From an uncultured Halomonas sp. (GTDB lineage: Bacteria; Pseudomonadota; Gammaproteobacteria; Pseudomonadales; Halomonadaceae): DNA of 64,000 bases. A program made the position numbers and the translations under genes. A model generated the notes under the pieces. The model was given only the letters and a program-made list of their open reading frames with translations, was not told the DNA's origin and did no database searches. Positions 17,880-26,459 of the stretch are shown in pieces. How positions within the stretch are numbered: the stretch's first letter is position 1; the number at the start of each line of letters is the position of its first letter. The DNA is taken from NCBI RefSeq assembly GCF_947501415.1, contig NZ_CANMVL010000022.1, forward strand, positions 2,873 to 66,872. The letters run 5' to 3'.

Positions 17880-18753
17880 GGTTTACAACAACCGCGCCTG
17901 GTGGCTGATTCTGCCGATGCTCCTGCTGGTGGCCTTTTCGGCCGTTATTCCCCTGATGACGGTGGTGAACTACTCGGTACAGGATGTCTTCGACGCCAAT
18001 ACCCGCTTCTTCACGGGCACCGAATGGTTCAGGGAGATGCTCAATGATCCGGCGCTGCAGGCCGCCGTGTTGCGTCAGTTCGCCTTCTCGCTGACCGTGC
18101 TGGCCATCGAGGTGCCACTGGGGATCGGCATCGCCCTGATAATGCCAAGGAAGGGGTGGCAGGCCTCGGCCGTGCTGATCCTGGTGACCATGCCACTACT
18201 GATTCCATGGAACGTGGTCGGCAGCATCTGGCAGATTTTCTCGCGGGGGGATATCGGCCTGCTGGGCTGGAGCCTGCGGGAGCTTGGCTATGGCTACAAC
18301 ATCACCTCGAGTCCGGTAGATGCCTGGGCGACCATCATCCTGATGGATGTCTGGCACTGGACGCCGCTGATCGCACTGCTTTGCTACAGCGGCCTGCGTT
18401 CTATCCCCGATGCCTACTACCAGGCGGCGCGTATCGACCGCGCCTCGAAATGGTCCGTGTTCCGCTACATTCAGCTGCCCAAGCTTACCAATGTGCTGGT
18501 GATCGGCGTGCTGCTGCGTTTCATGCACTCCTTCATGATCTATGCCGAACCCTTTGTGCTTACGGGGGGAGGCCCCGGCAGCTCCACGACCTTCCTGAGC
18601 CAGTCGTTGACGACCATGGCGATCGGTCAGCAGGACCTGGGCCCCTCGGCGGCGTTTTCGCTGATCTATTTCCTGATCATCCTGCTGGTCACCTGGGTGT
18701 TCTATACGGCGATCATGAATATGCAAAAAGATGATAACAATAGGGAGGCATGA
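17872..18753 (+). CDS. glpP: Glycerol ABC transporter permease (GlpP-like)
   Basis: MNKVYNNRAWWLILP; CUT1 permease with YYQAARID EAA loop. Confidence 0.8.
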   Translation: MNKVYNNRAWWLILPMLLLVAFSAVIPLMTVVNYSVQDVFDANTRFFTGTEWFREMLNDPALQAAVLRQFAFSLTVLAIEVPLGIGIALIMPRKGWQASAVLILVTMPLLIPWNVVGSIWQIFSRGDIGLLGWSLRELGYGYNITSSPVDAWATIILMDVWHWTPLIALLCYSGLRSIPDAYYQAARIDRASKWSVFRYIQLPKLTNVLVIGVLLRFMHSFMIYAEPFVLTGGGPGSSTTFLSQSLTTMAIGQQDLGPSAAFSLIYFLIILLVTWVFYTAIMNMQKDDNNREA

Positions 18754-18754
18754 T

Positions 18755-19648
18755 ATGCGTGATTCAGTGCCCACCACTCCGGATGCGGTACGCCAGCAGG
18801 CGGCGGCCGCCAACAACCGTCGGCGTCGCAAGGCGCGTCCGGCCTCTCGCCAGTGGCGCCGTCGGGCGCTGATGACCGCCTATATCATTTTTGTTCTGCT
18901 GCCTATCTACTGGCTACTCAATATGTCCTTTCAGTCCAATACCGAGATCCTTGGTGGACTGACCCTGTGGCCCGACAACTTCACCATCGAGCATTACGCC
19001 AAGATTCTGACCGAATCCAGCTGGTATATGGGCTACGTGAACTCGATCACCTATGTGTTGATGAACATGTTGATCAGCATTGCGGTCGCGCTTCCAGCCG
19101 CCTATGCCTTCAGCCGGTACCGGTTCATCGGCGACAAGCATCTCTTCTTCTGGCTGTTGACTAACCTGATGGCACCACCGGCCGTTTTCCTGTTGCCCTA
19201 TTTTCAGCTCTACTACACGGTCGGGCTGTTCGATACCCATATTGCGGTTGCACTGGCCCATTGCCTGTTCAATATTCCGTTGGCGGTATGGATTCTCGAG
19301 GGCTTCATGAGCGGGGTGCCCAAGGAGATCGACGAAACGGCCTTTATCGATGGCTATAGCTTTCCCAAGTTCTTCGTGAAGATCTTCATCCCCATGATCA
19401 GTTCGGGTATCGGCGTGACCCTGTTCTTCCTGTTCATGTTCTCCTGGGTCGAGCTGCTGCTGGCCAGTACGCTGACCTCCACCGGGGCTCAGCCCATTGC
19501 CTCGGTAATGACCCAGACCAAAGGGGCCTCGGGCATCGACTGGGGGGCTCTGGCGGCGGCCGGTGCGCTGACGATCGTGCCGGGCATCGTGGTGGTCTAT
19601 TTCGTTCGCAACCATATTGCCAAGGGCTTCGCCCTGGGGCGGACCTGA
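18755..19648 (+). CDS. glpQ: Glycerol ABC transporter permease (GlpQ-like)
   Basis: AAYAFSRYRF, EIDETAFIDG and NHIAKGFALGR C-terminus. Confidence 0.8.
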   Translation: MRDSVPTTPDAVRQQAAAANNRRRRKARPASRQWRRRALMTAYIIFVLLPIYWLLNMSFQSNTEILGGLTLWPDNFTIEHYAKILTESSWYMGYVNSITYVLMNMLISIAVALPAAYAFSRYRFIGDKHLFFWLLTNLMAPPAVFLLPYFQLYYTVGLFDTHIAVALAHCLFNIPLAVWILEGFMSGVPKEIDETAFIDGYSFPKFFVKIFIPMISSGIGVTLFFLFMFSWVELLLASTLTSTGAQPIASVMTQTKGASGIDWGALAAAGALTIVPGIVVVYFVRNHIAKGFALGRT

Positions 19649-19660
19649 GAGGGGCGAAAC

Positions 19661-19933
19661 ATGGAGTGGATGGTCTGGACCACGCCAACGACGATCTTCT
19701 TTGCCGTGATTGCCGCCATGCTGGCGGGCATGACGGCCTGGGAGGTCATTTCTCCAACGGTGGAACGGAAGGGGTTCCTGCCCATTTCGACCACACGTGG
19801 AGATCGGCTCTTCATCGGGCTGCTATCGGCGGCCTACATTCATCTGATGGTAGTGGGGTTCACCCCCCTCAGCATCTGGCTGGCACTGGGAGCATCGGTG
19901 CTCTGGGTATTGATCCTGATGCGCTGGGGCTGA
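19661..19933 (+). CDS. glpU: DUF2160-family small membrane protein (GlpU-like)
   Basis: MEWMVWT...ERKGFLPISTTRGDRLFIGLL, located between the permease and the binding protein. Confidence 0.8.
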   Translation: MEWMVWTTPTTIFFAVIAAMLAGMTAWEVISPTVERKGFLPISTTRGDRLFIGLLSAAYIHLMVVGFTPLSIWLALGASVLWVLILMRWG

Positions 19934-19990
19934 CAGAAACGCACGGAGCCGAGTGTCCAGGGACGGACGACGACAACCAAAGAGGTCAAT

Positions 19991-21733
19991 ATGACAGCGA
20001 TAACAATGCGACTCTCTCTTCTGGCTGCCAGCATCACGCTGGCCAGTACGACCTTGCATGCCGATGACCATGATGCACGCGCCATTGCCGAACGCCTTGT
20101 CGATGAGCATTTCCAGAACTCGACGCTATCCCGTGAGGAGCAGATCGAAGAGCTGCTGTGGTTCGCCAAGGCGGCCGAACCCTTCCGTGACATGGAGATC
20201 AACACCGTCGCCGAGGGCCTGACCACCCATATCTACGAGCGGGATGTACTGGCCGAGGCATTCAGCGAGCTGACGGGTATCGAGGTCACCCATAACATCA
20301 TCGGTGAAGGTGATGTGGTCAATAACATGCAGACCCAAATGCAGTCAGGGCGAAATATCTACGATGCCTATGTCAATGACTCCGACGCTATCGGGACGCA
20401 TATTCGTTACGGCACTACCATCAATATCTCCGATGCCATGCAGAATGAGTGGGCCGACTATACTCTGCCGACCCTGGACCTGGACGACTTTATCGGCCTG
20501 CAGTATGGCACTGGTCCAGACGGCAGCATCTACCAGCTACCCACCCAACAGTTCGCCAATCTCTACTGGTTCCGCCATGACTGGTTCCAGCGGGAGGATC
20601 TCCAGGCGCAGTTCCGTGACATCTATGGTTATGACCTGGGGGTGCCGACGAACTGGACCGCCTACGAGGATATCGCCGAGTTCTTTACCGAACATGTCGG
20701 TGAGATAGACGGTACCAAGGTCTATGGGCATATGGATTATGGGCGTCGTGATCCATCGCTTGGCTGGCGCTTCCATGACTCCTGGCTCTCCATGGCGGGC
20801 ATGGGCAGTCCCGGGGTGCCCTTCGGCAATCCCGTGGATGACTGGGGTATTCGCGTCAACGAGGAGAGCCAGCCGGTCGGTGCCAGCGTGTCACGTGGAG
20901 GCGCCACCAACTCGCCGGCATCGGTGTTCGCCGTGACCAAGATGGTGGAGTGGCTCAAGAAGTACGCACCTCCTGAAGCCAGTGGCATGACCTTTGGTGA
21001 AGCGGGGCCGGTGCCTGCTCAAGGCAATGTCGCCCAGCAGATGTTCTGGTACACCGCCTTTACTGCCGATATGACGGACCCGGGGCTGCCGGTCACCGAT
21101 GACGAGGGCAATCCCAAGTGGCGCATGGCACCGTCGCCCACCGGCCCCTACTGGGAGGAGGGCATGAAGGTAGGTTACCAGGATGTGGGCTCCTGGACGT
21201 TCTTCGACTCCACACCGGAGGAGCGTCGCACCGCGGCCTGGCTGTTCGCTCAGTTCACCGTCTCCAAGACGGTGTCGCTGGAGAAACTCATGGAGGGACT
21301 CACGCCAATTCGCGAGTCGGATGTCTTCTCGCAACAGATGACCGAGATGGCGCCCAGGCTTGGAGGTCTGGTGGAGTTCTATCGCAGCCCGAATGAGTCG
21401 AACTGGACGCCTTCTTCCACCAACGTGCCGGATTATCCGCGCATGGCCCCGTTGTGGTGGCAGAATTTGGCACCGGCCGTTAGCGGTGATATCGCGCCTC
21501 AGGAGGCGCTCGACAACCTGGCAGGTGACCTCGATAGCATCATGGCACGCTTGGCGCGAGCCAAGGTCTTCACGACCTATGCTCCCAACCTCAACGATGA
21601 GCAGGACCCGCAGTACTGGCTCGACCAGCCTGGGTCCCCCAAGGCGAAGCTCGACAACGAGATGCCACAGGGTACGACGGTGCCTTACGACGAGATGATG
21701 GAGGCCTGGATGGCCGCGGGGTCTCGCGAGTGA
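19991..21733 (+). CDS. glpV: Glycerol ABC transporter substrate-binding protein (GlpV-like)
   Basis: Signal peptide; 580-aa CUT1 binding protein with STLSREEQIEELLWF, QQFANLYWFR, KVGYQD and NVPDYPRMAPLWW. Confidence 0.8.
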   Translation: MTAITMRLSLLAASITLASTTLHADDHDARAIAERLVDEHFQNSTLSREEQIEELLWFAKAAEPFRDMEINTVAEGLTTHIYERDVLAEAFSELTGIEVTHNIIGEGDVVNNMQTQMQSGRNIYDAYVNDSDAIGTHIRYGTTINISDAMQNEWADYTLPTLDLDDFIGLQYGTGPDGSIYQLPTQQFANLYWFRHDWFQREDLQAQFRDIYGYDLGVPTNWTAYEDIAEFFTEHVGEIDGTKVYGHMDYGRRDPSLGWRFHDSWLSMAGMGSPGVPFGNPVDDWGIRVNEESQPVGASVSRGGATNSPASVFAVTKMVEWLKKYAPPEASGMTFGEAGPVPAQGNVAQQMFWYTAFTADMTDPGLPVTDDEGNPKWRMAPSPTGPYWEEGMKVGYQDVGSWTFFDSTPEERRTAAWLFAQFTVSKTVSLEKLMEGLTPIRESDVFSQQMTEMAPRLGGLVEFYRSPNESNWTPSSTNVPDYPRMAPLWWQNLAPAVSGDIAPQEALDNLAGDLDSIMARLARAKVFTTYAPNLNDEQDPQYWLDQPGSPKAKLDNEMPQGTTVPYDEMMEAWMAAGSRE

Positions 21734-21839
21734 CCAGGGGAGGAGTTGCCTGACGCGAAGTTCGCCTGCGCTGGCCTTGCCTGAGACACCCGGCACCCTG
21801 TCACTGCTTGTCAGCACCCAGGACCTTTCAACCAGGAGC

Positions 21840-21871
21840 GAGCCCGGTTCGGCGTCTGCCGAGTCGGGCTC
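21840..21871 (+). terminator. Hairpin downstream of glpV (probable terminator)
   Basis: GAGCCCGGTTCGGC-GTCT-GCCGAGTCGGGCTC, 14-bp stem with two G-U pairs. Confidence 0.6.
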
Positions 21872-22072
21872 ATTGCCTTTCTTAAGACAACGGCGAGCAA
21901 CAGGCGACAGGCTGGCTCGATACACAGCTTCCGACACATGGCCTCGTCGGGTTCATGGTGGAGGGCCGTGATGCCAATGGGGGATGGCCGGAAATGGTCG
22001 TCCCCCAAGGGGGGACAGCCTGCTAGAATGCCGCGCGAGCTTACGCTAGCCACCCATTCCAGGAGCCTTGTC

Positions 22073-23311
22073 ATGCCAAATCCCGCGGCCTCGCGACCCG
22101 CCACCTCCCTGCCACGTACGTTGCTGACCGGCGTGCAGATGCTGTTTGTTGCCTTTGGCGCCCTGGTGCTGGTGCCCCTGCTCACCGGTCTGGATCCCAG
22201 CGTGGCGCTGTTCACCGCAGGTATCGGGACACTTCTGTTCCACGGTGTGACAAGAGTGACGGTTCCGGTCTTTCTGGCTTCGTCGTTCGCCTTTATTGCG
22301 CCGATCCAGGGCTCGATCGCCAACTTTGGGGTATCGGCGACCCTGGGCGGGCTGATGGCTGCCGGCTTCGTGTATGTGGTCATCTCTCAGGCGGTACGCC
22401 TCAAGGGAACCGCCTGGCTGCATCGGCTGCTGCCGCCGGTGGTGGTGGGGCCGGTGATCATGGTGATCGGTCTGGCCCTGGCGCCGGTGGCGGTGAGCAT
22501 GGCGACCGGCGAGACCAGCGACCATATCGCCTATGGCCCGGCGCTGTTTCTCTCCATGGCCAGCCTGCTGGTGACGCTGGTGCTGGCGGTGTTTGGCCGC
22601 GGGATCGTGCGCCTGATACCGATCATGGGAGGCATCGTCACCGGCTACGGACTGGCACTGCTCATGGGGCTGGTGGACTTCACGCCGGTGCATGAATCGG
22701 CCTGGCTGGCGATTCCCGAATTTACCGCCCCGAGCTTCCACTGGGCGGCGATCCTGTTCATGATTCCGGTGGCGATCGCACCGGCGGTGGAGCATATCGG
22801 TGACATGGTCGCCATCGGGTCGGTGACCCGCAGGAACTACCTGGAGAAACCCGGCCTGCATCGTACCCTGCTGGGCGATGGCCTGGCCACCGTCGCGGCG
22901 GCGCTGTTTGGCGGCCCGCCCAACACCACCTATTCCGAGGTCACCGGAGCGGTGACCCTGACCCGGGCCTTCGACCCGCGCATCATGCTGGTGGCGGCCT
23001 GCACCGCCATCGCCCTGGCCTTCGTCGCCAAGCTGGGGGCGCTGCTCCAGACCATTCCGGGGCCCGTGATGGGGGGCATCATGACCCTGCTGTTCGGCTC
23101 CATCGCCGTGGTAGGGATGAACACCCTGGTGCGCGCGGGTCACTCGCTGACCGCGCCGCGCAACCTGGTGGTGATTTCGCTGATCCTGGTCTTCGGGATC
23201 GGCGGGATGCAGGTGGGAGGCGGTCAGTTCACCCTGCAGGGGGTGAGTCTGGCCGCCCTGGTCGGCATTGTCCTCAACTGGGTGCTGCCCCGCGCCGAGG
23301 AAGATGAATAA
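22073..23311 (+). CDS. uraA: Uracil permease (NCS2, UraA family)
   Basis: GVQMLFVAFGALVLVPLLTG, PVFLASSFAF, EHIGD, GPPNTTYSEVTG and LFGSIA. Start moved to MPNPAA (AGGAG SD). Confidence 0.93.
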   Translation: MPNPAASRPATSLPRTLLTGVQMLFVAFGALVLVPLLTGLDPSVALFTAGIGTLLFHGVTRVTVPVFLASSFAFIAPIQGSIANFGVSATLGGLMAAGFVYVVISQAVRLKGTAWLHRLLPPVVVGPVIMVIGLALAPVAVSMATGETSDHIAYGPALFLSMASLLVTLVLAVFGRGIVRLIPIMGGIVTGYGLALLMGLVDFTPVHESAWLAIPEFTAPSFHWAAILFMIPVAIAPAVEHIGDMVAIGSVTRRNYLEKPGLHRTLLGDGLATVAAALFGGPPNTTYSEVTGAVTLTRAFDPRIMLVAACTAIALAFVAKLGALLQTIPGPVMGGIMTLLFGSIAVVGMNTLVRAGHSLTAPRNLVVISLILVFGIGGMQVGGGQFTLQGVSLAALVGIVLNWVLPRAEEDE

Positions 23312-23431
23312 TCAGTCCCGATAGTGACGGGTGAGATCAACATAGGCGCCAACGCGACGGCCGCGGCAGCCCTAGTCTCGATAGCGACGTGTGAGATCGC
23401 GATAGGCGTCAACGCGACGGTCACGGAGGTA
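23312..23431 (-). repeat. Diverged 60-bp tandem duplication of the aguB 3' end
   Basis: 23312-23371 aligns without gaps to 23372-23431 and both copies end in a stop codon (TGA versus TAG). Confidence 0.9.
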
Positions 23432-24271
23432 TGGCCAGATACGTCTCACCTCCTCGCCGCGCCCCATGTCCAGGGTGACCATCAGGCGTTCGGCCTGGCA
23501 GCCGGCATGAGCCAGCAGTTCCCCCTGGGGGCCGGCGATAAAGCTGCCGCCCCAGAAGTCGATGCCACGACCGACGCCGGAGTGGTCGGGCTCGTGGTCG
23601 ATGCGGTTGGCCACCATGACCGGCACGCCATTGGCGACGGCATGGCTGCGCTGGATCAGTGTCCAGGCATCCTTCTGCCGCTGCTTCTCGTCATCGTCAT
23701 CGGCAGGGTCCCAGCCGATGGCGGTGGGGTAGAGCAGCAGCTCGGCTCCAGCCAGGGCCATCAGTCGCGCCGCTTCCGGATACCACTGATCCCAGCACAC
23801 CAGCACACCGAGCCGGCCGATCGAGGTATCGATGGGCACGAAGCCCTGTCCGTCCCCGTCGGCGTCACCCGGAGTGAAATAGAACTTCTCATAGAAGCCC
23901 GGGTCGTCGGGGATATGCATCTTGCGGTAGTGGCCGACGGCGCCGAGCTTGCGGTCATAGACCACGGCGGTATTGTGGTAGAGACCGGCGGCGCGGCGCT
24001 CGAACAGCGAGCCGACCAGCACGATGTCGAGTTCGGCGGCCAGTGCCGCCAGTCGGCTGCCGGTAGGGCCATCCAGGGGTTCGGCCAGATCGAACAGCTC
24101 GGTCGCCTCGTACTGGCAGAAGTAGTGGGTGGCATGCAGTTCCTGCAGCATCACCAGCTCGGCGCCGGCGGCGGCCAGCTCACGAATGCCGGCCTCGCTC
24201 TCGGCGAGGCTTCTGGCCTTGTCGGGCCAGCCGGGTTGCTGGACCAGGCCGACTTTGAGATGGCGGGACAT
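23372..24271 (-). CDS. aguB: N-carbamoylputrescine amidase (carbon-nitrogen hydrolase family)
   Basis: LQELH (catalytic E), YRKMHIPDDPGFYEKFYFTPGD (K) and VCWDQWYPEAAR (C); adjacent to agmatine deiminase. Confidence 0.9.
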   Translation of the reverse strand: MSRHLKVGLVQQPGWPDKARSLAESEAGIRELAAAGAELVMLQELHATHYFCQYEATELFDLAEPLDGPTGSRLAALAAELDIVLVGSLFERRAAGLYHNTAVVYDRKLGAVGHYRKMHIPDDPGFYEKFYFTPGDADGDGQGFVPIDTSIGRLGVLVCWDQWYPEAARLMALAGAELLLYPTAIGWDPADDDDEKQRQKDAWTLIQRSHAVANGVPVMVANRIDHEPDHSGVGRGIDFWGGSFIAGPQGELLAHAGCQAERLMVTLDMGRGEEVRRIWPYLRDRRVDAYRDLTRRYRD

Positions 24272-24308
24272 GGTGATTTCTCCTCGGTACTTGTTTGTCG
24301 TGGCTTCT

Positions 24309-24414
24309 CCGGTGACAGGTTTCCGAGGGGGGCGCTGTGAATACTTCCCTGTACGCTACCGACGCCATCCCTGGCGTAGGACCCCCTCTTCAACCTGTCC
24401 CCGGCGCCTCTCGC
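24309..24414. repeat. Structured intergenic repeat, copy B
   Basis: Homologous to 7591-7695, same orientation, inside the aguA-aguB spacer. Confidence 0.85.
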
Positions 24415-24415
24415 T

Positions 24416-25471
24416 TCAGCTCTCTACGGTCGCCTGGATGTTTAGGCTCCCGCGGGGCAGCTGCATGGTCAGGCAGTGCAGGCTGCCGTGCTGGCGGATG
24501 ACGCTGCGACAGTCGATGGGCACGATATCGCGGTCCGGAAACGCCTCGGCCAGGGCGGCGAGGGCCCGGGTGTCGGCGGCGTCGGCGTAGGTAGGCACCA
24601 GCACGGCGCCGTTGATGATCAGGAAGTTGGCATAGGTGGCCGGCAACCGATGGCCATCTTCGGGATCCCGGCAGGGGGCCGGCCAGGGCAGGGGCACCAG
24701 CCGGTAGGGCTGGCCGTCGGCGCGCCTGAGTGTCTTGAGTTCAGCCTCCATGGCCGCCAGTGCCGGGTAGTGTGGGTCCTGCTCGTCGTCGCAGCGTACA
24801 TAGGCGATGGTGCCGGGGTCACAGAAGCGTGCCAGGGTGTCGATGTGGCTATCGGTGTCGTCGCCCTCCAGGTGGCCGTTGGATAGCCACAGGACTCGGG
24901 TGACACCGAAGTCCCGATGGAGCCATGTCTCCACGCCGCGCCGGTCGAGACCGGGGTTGCGGTTGGGGTTGAGCAGGCAGGCCTCGGTGGTCAGCAGGGT
25001 GCCTTCTCCATCGCTCTCGATGGCCCCTCCCTCCAGTACCAGGCCGCGTTCGCTGATGGGGCAGGCGAAGATGCCGGCCTCGGCAAGGCGGCGGGTCAGG
25101 GTATTGTCCCGGGTGGCGGGAAACTTGCCCCCCCAGCCGGTGAACTCATAGTCGTGCAGCATCAGCTGGCCTTCGCGCTCCACCGCCAGAGGGCCATGGT
25201 CGCGGGCCCAGGTGTCATCCGCCTCGGCGACCACCAGCCTCAAGTGATCGTCGGGAACACCGAGAAGGGAGAAGCGTCGCGTGAGGTGGCTGCGGGTCTG
25301 GGGGGAGGGTACGCTGATCAGCACCCGCTGATAGCGCGCGATGGCGACCACCATCGCTTCCAGCGTCGCCTCGATACGCTCCAGCATCGAGGCCCAGTCG
25401 CTCTCCGGCCCAGGCCAGGTCAGTTGGATGGCATCCTGAGGGTGCCATTCGGGGAGCAGGCGTGTCGCCAT
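24416..25471 (-). CDS. aguA: Agmatine deiminase (PAD_porph family)
   Basis: LPEWHPQ, DTWARDHGP, LEGGAIESDG, DDTDSHID and QHGSLHCLTMQ catalytic motif. An alternative start lies at 25489. Confidence 0.9.
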   Translation of the reverse strand: MATRLLPEWHPQDAIQLTWPGPESDWASMLERIEATLEAMVVAIARYQRVLISVPSPQTRSHLTRRFSLLGVPDDHLRLVVAEADDTWARDHGPLAVEREGQLMLHDYEFTGWGGKFPATRDNTLTRRLAEAGIFACPISERGLVLEGGAIESDGEGTLLTTEACLLNPNRNPGLDRRGVETWLHRDFGVTRVLWLSNGHLEGDDTDSHIDTLARFCDPGTIAYVRCDDEQDPHYPALAAMEAELKTLRRADGQPYRLVPLPWPAPCRDPEDGHRLPATYANFLIINGAVLVPTYADAADTRALAALAEAFPDRDIVPIDCRSVIRQHGSLHCLTMQLPRGSLNIQATVES

Positions 25472-25622
25472 CGGTAGTGTCCTGGTCATTGGTTGTCAGG
25501 ACGCGAATGTAGGTGGCCCGGTCCCGCTATGCAAGAGCAGCAGAGCCGGCGTTGATACCCTTGTCGTCGAGGGTGGTATCCTTCACTCACCAACAACCGC
25601 TCTCGGGTGGCTAAGGAGTGGC

Positions 25623-26459
25623 ATGCACGCCCATTACTCGTTTTCAGTGATAGTCCTGTCTGGCCTGATTCTCGCCGGCTGTTCAACGCTTCCCGATGGT
25701 GACAGGGTGGCGAGCTCCACCGGTGATTGGCTGACCCGTTCGGGCGAGGCTATCAGTGCCCAGAGTCGGCGCCTGGCAGAGTGGTTCGGGCGCGATGAAG
25801 CCTCGGACGACGAGGCGATACGCTCCGAACTCCTCGAGGAGCGCCAGGCGTTGCTAGATGAGCCCTATATCGATCCGTTGACCCGTTACCTGGAGACCCA
25901 TGCCGAGGACCCTCGTTATGCCGAGGTGCTGACCGAACTCTCCCGGGAGCGAGATCGACGTTGTGCCGCGATCGCCGACAAGTATGCCGAGCGTCCCGCC
26001 AGCCGTGAGAACCTGGCACTCTATCGGCGTGGGTACCTGTACTCCTGTCCTGCCGAGGTCAACGCCTTCTATGCGCGTGTGCGACAGGAGGAGGCGCGCC
26101 GTCCTGTTGCCCGCCCCCGGCCCGAGAGAGCGTCGGATCCCGAAACGGACGATGTCCCCCTGGCAGAGCACGACGAACAGGTTGAAGAGGCGCTGGGCCG
26201 ACGCAAGAGCAATGACTGCTACCTGCTGTTCACCATACGCAACCTGGGTGAGGCAAAAGAGGTCTGTCGCACGCCTGCCGAGGAGGGAGATGCCCGTGCC
26301 CAGCGTCATATGGGCAGCATGGCCGAACTGGAAGACCAGCTGGAGGAAGCGATGCGCTGGTATCGGCGTGCCGCCGATAATGGCGATACTCAGGCCCGCG
26401 AGCGACTCGAGGCGGTCGCGGCCTCGAGGCGTGATGCCGGTGACGAGGATGCCCGATGA
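25623..26459 (+). CDS. Lipoprotein with C-terminal Sel1-like repeat
   Basis: Lipobox LAGC at Cys20; AQRHMG...EAMRWYRRAADNGDTQA Sel1-like repeat; two further Cys pairs. Confidence 0.75.
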   Translation: MHAHYSFSVIVLSGLILAGCSTLPDGDRVASSTGDWLTRSGEAISAQSRRLAEWFGRDEASDDEAIRSELLEERQALLDEPYIDPLTRYLETHAEDPRYAEVLTELSRERDRRCAAIADKYAERPASRENLALYRRGYLYSCPAEVNAFYARVRQEEARRPVARPRPERASDPETDDVPLAEHDEQVEEALGRRKSNDCYLLFTIRNLGEAKEVCRTPAEEGDARAQRHMGSMAELEDQLEEAMRWYRRAADNGDTQARERLEAVAASRRDAGDEDAR

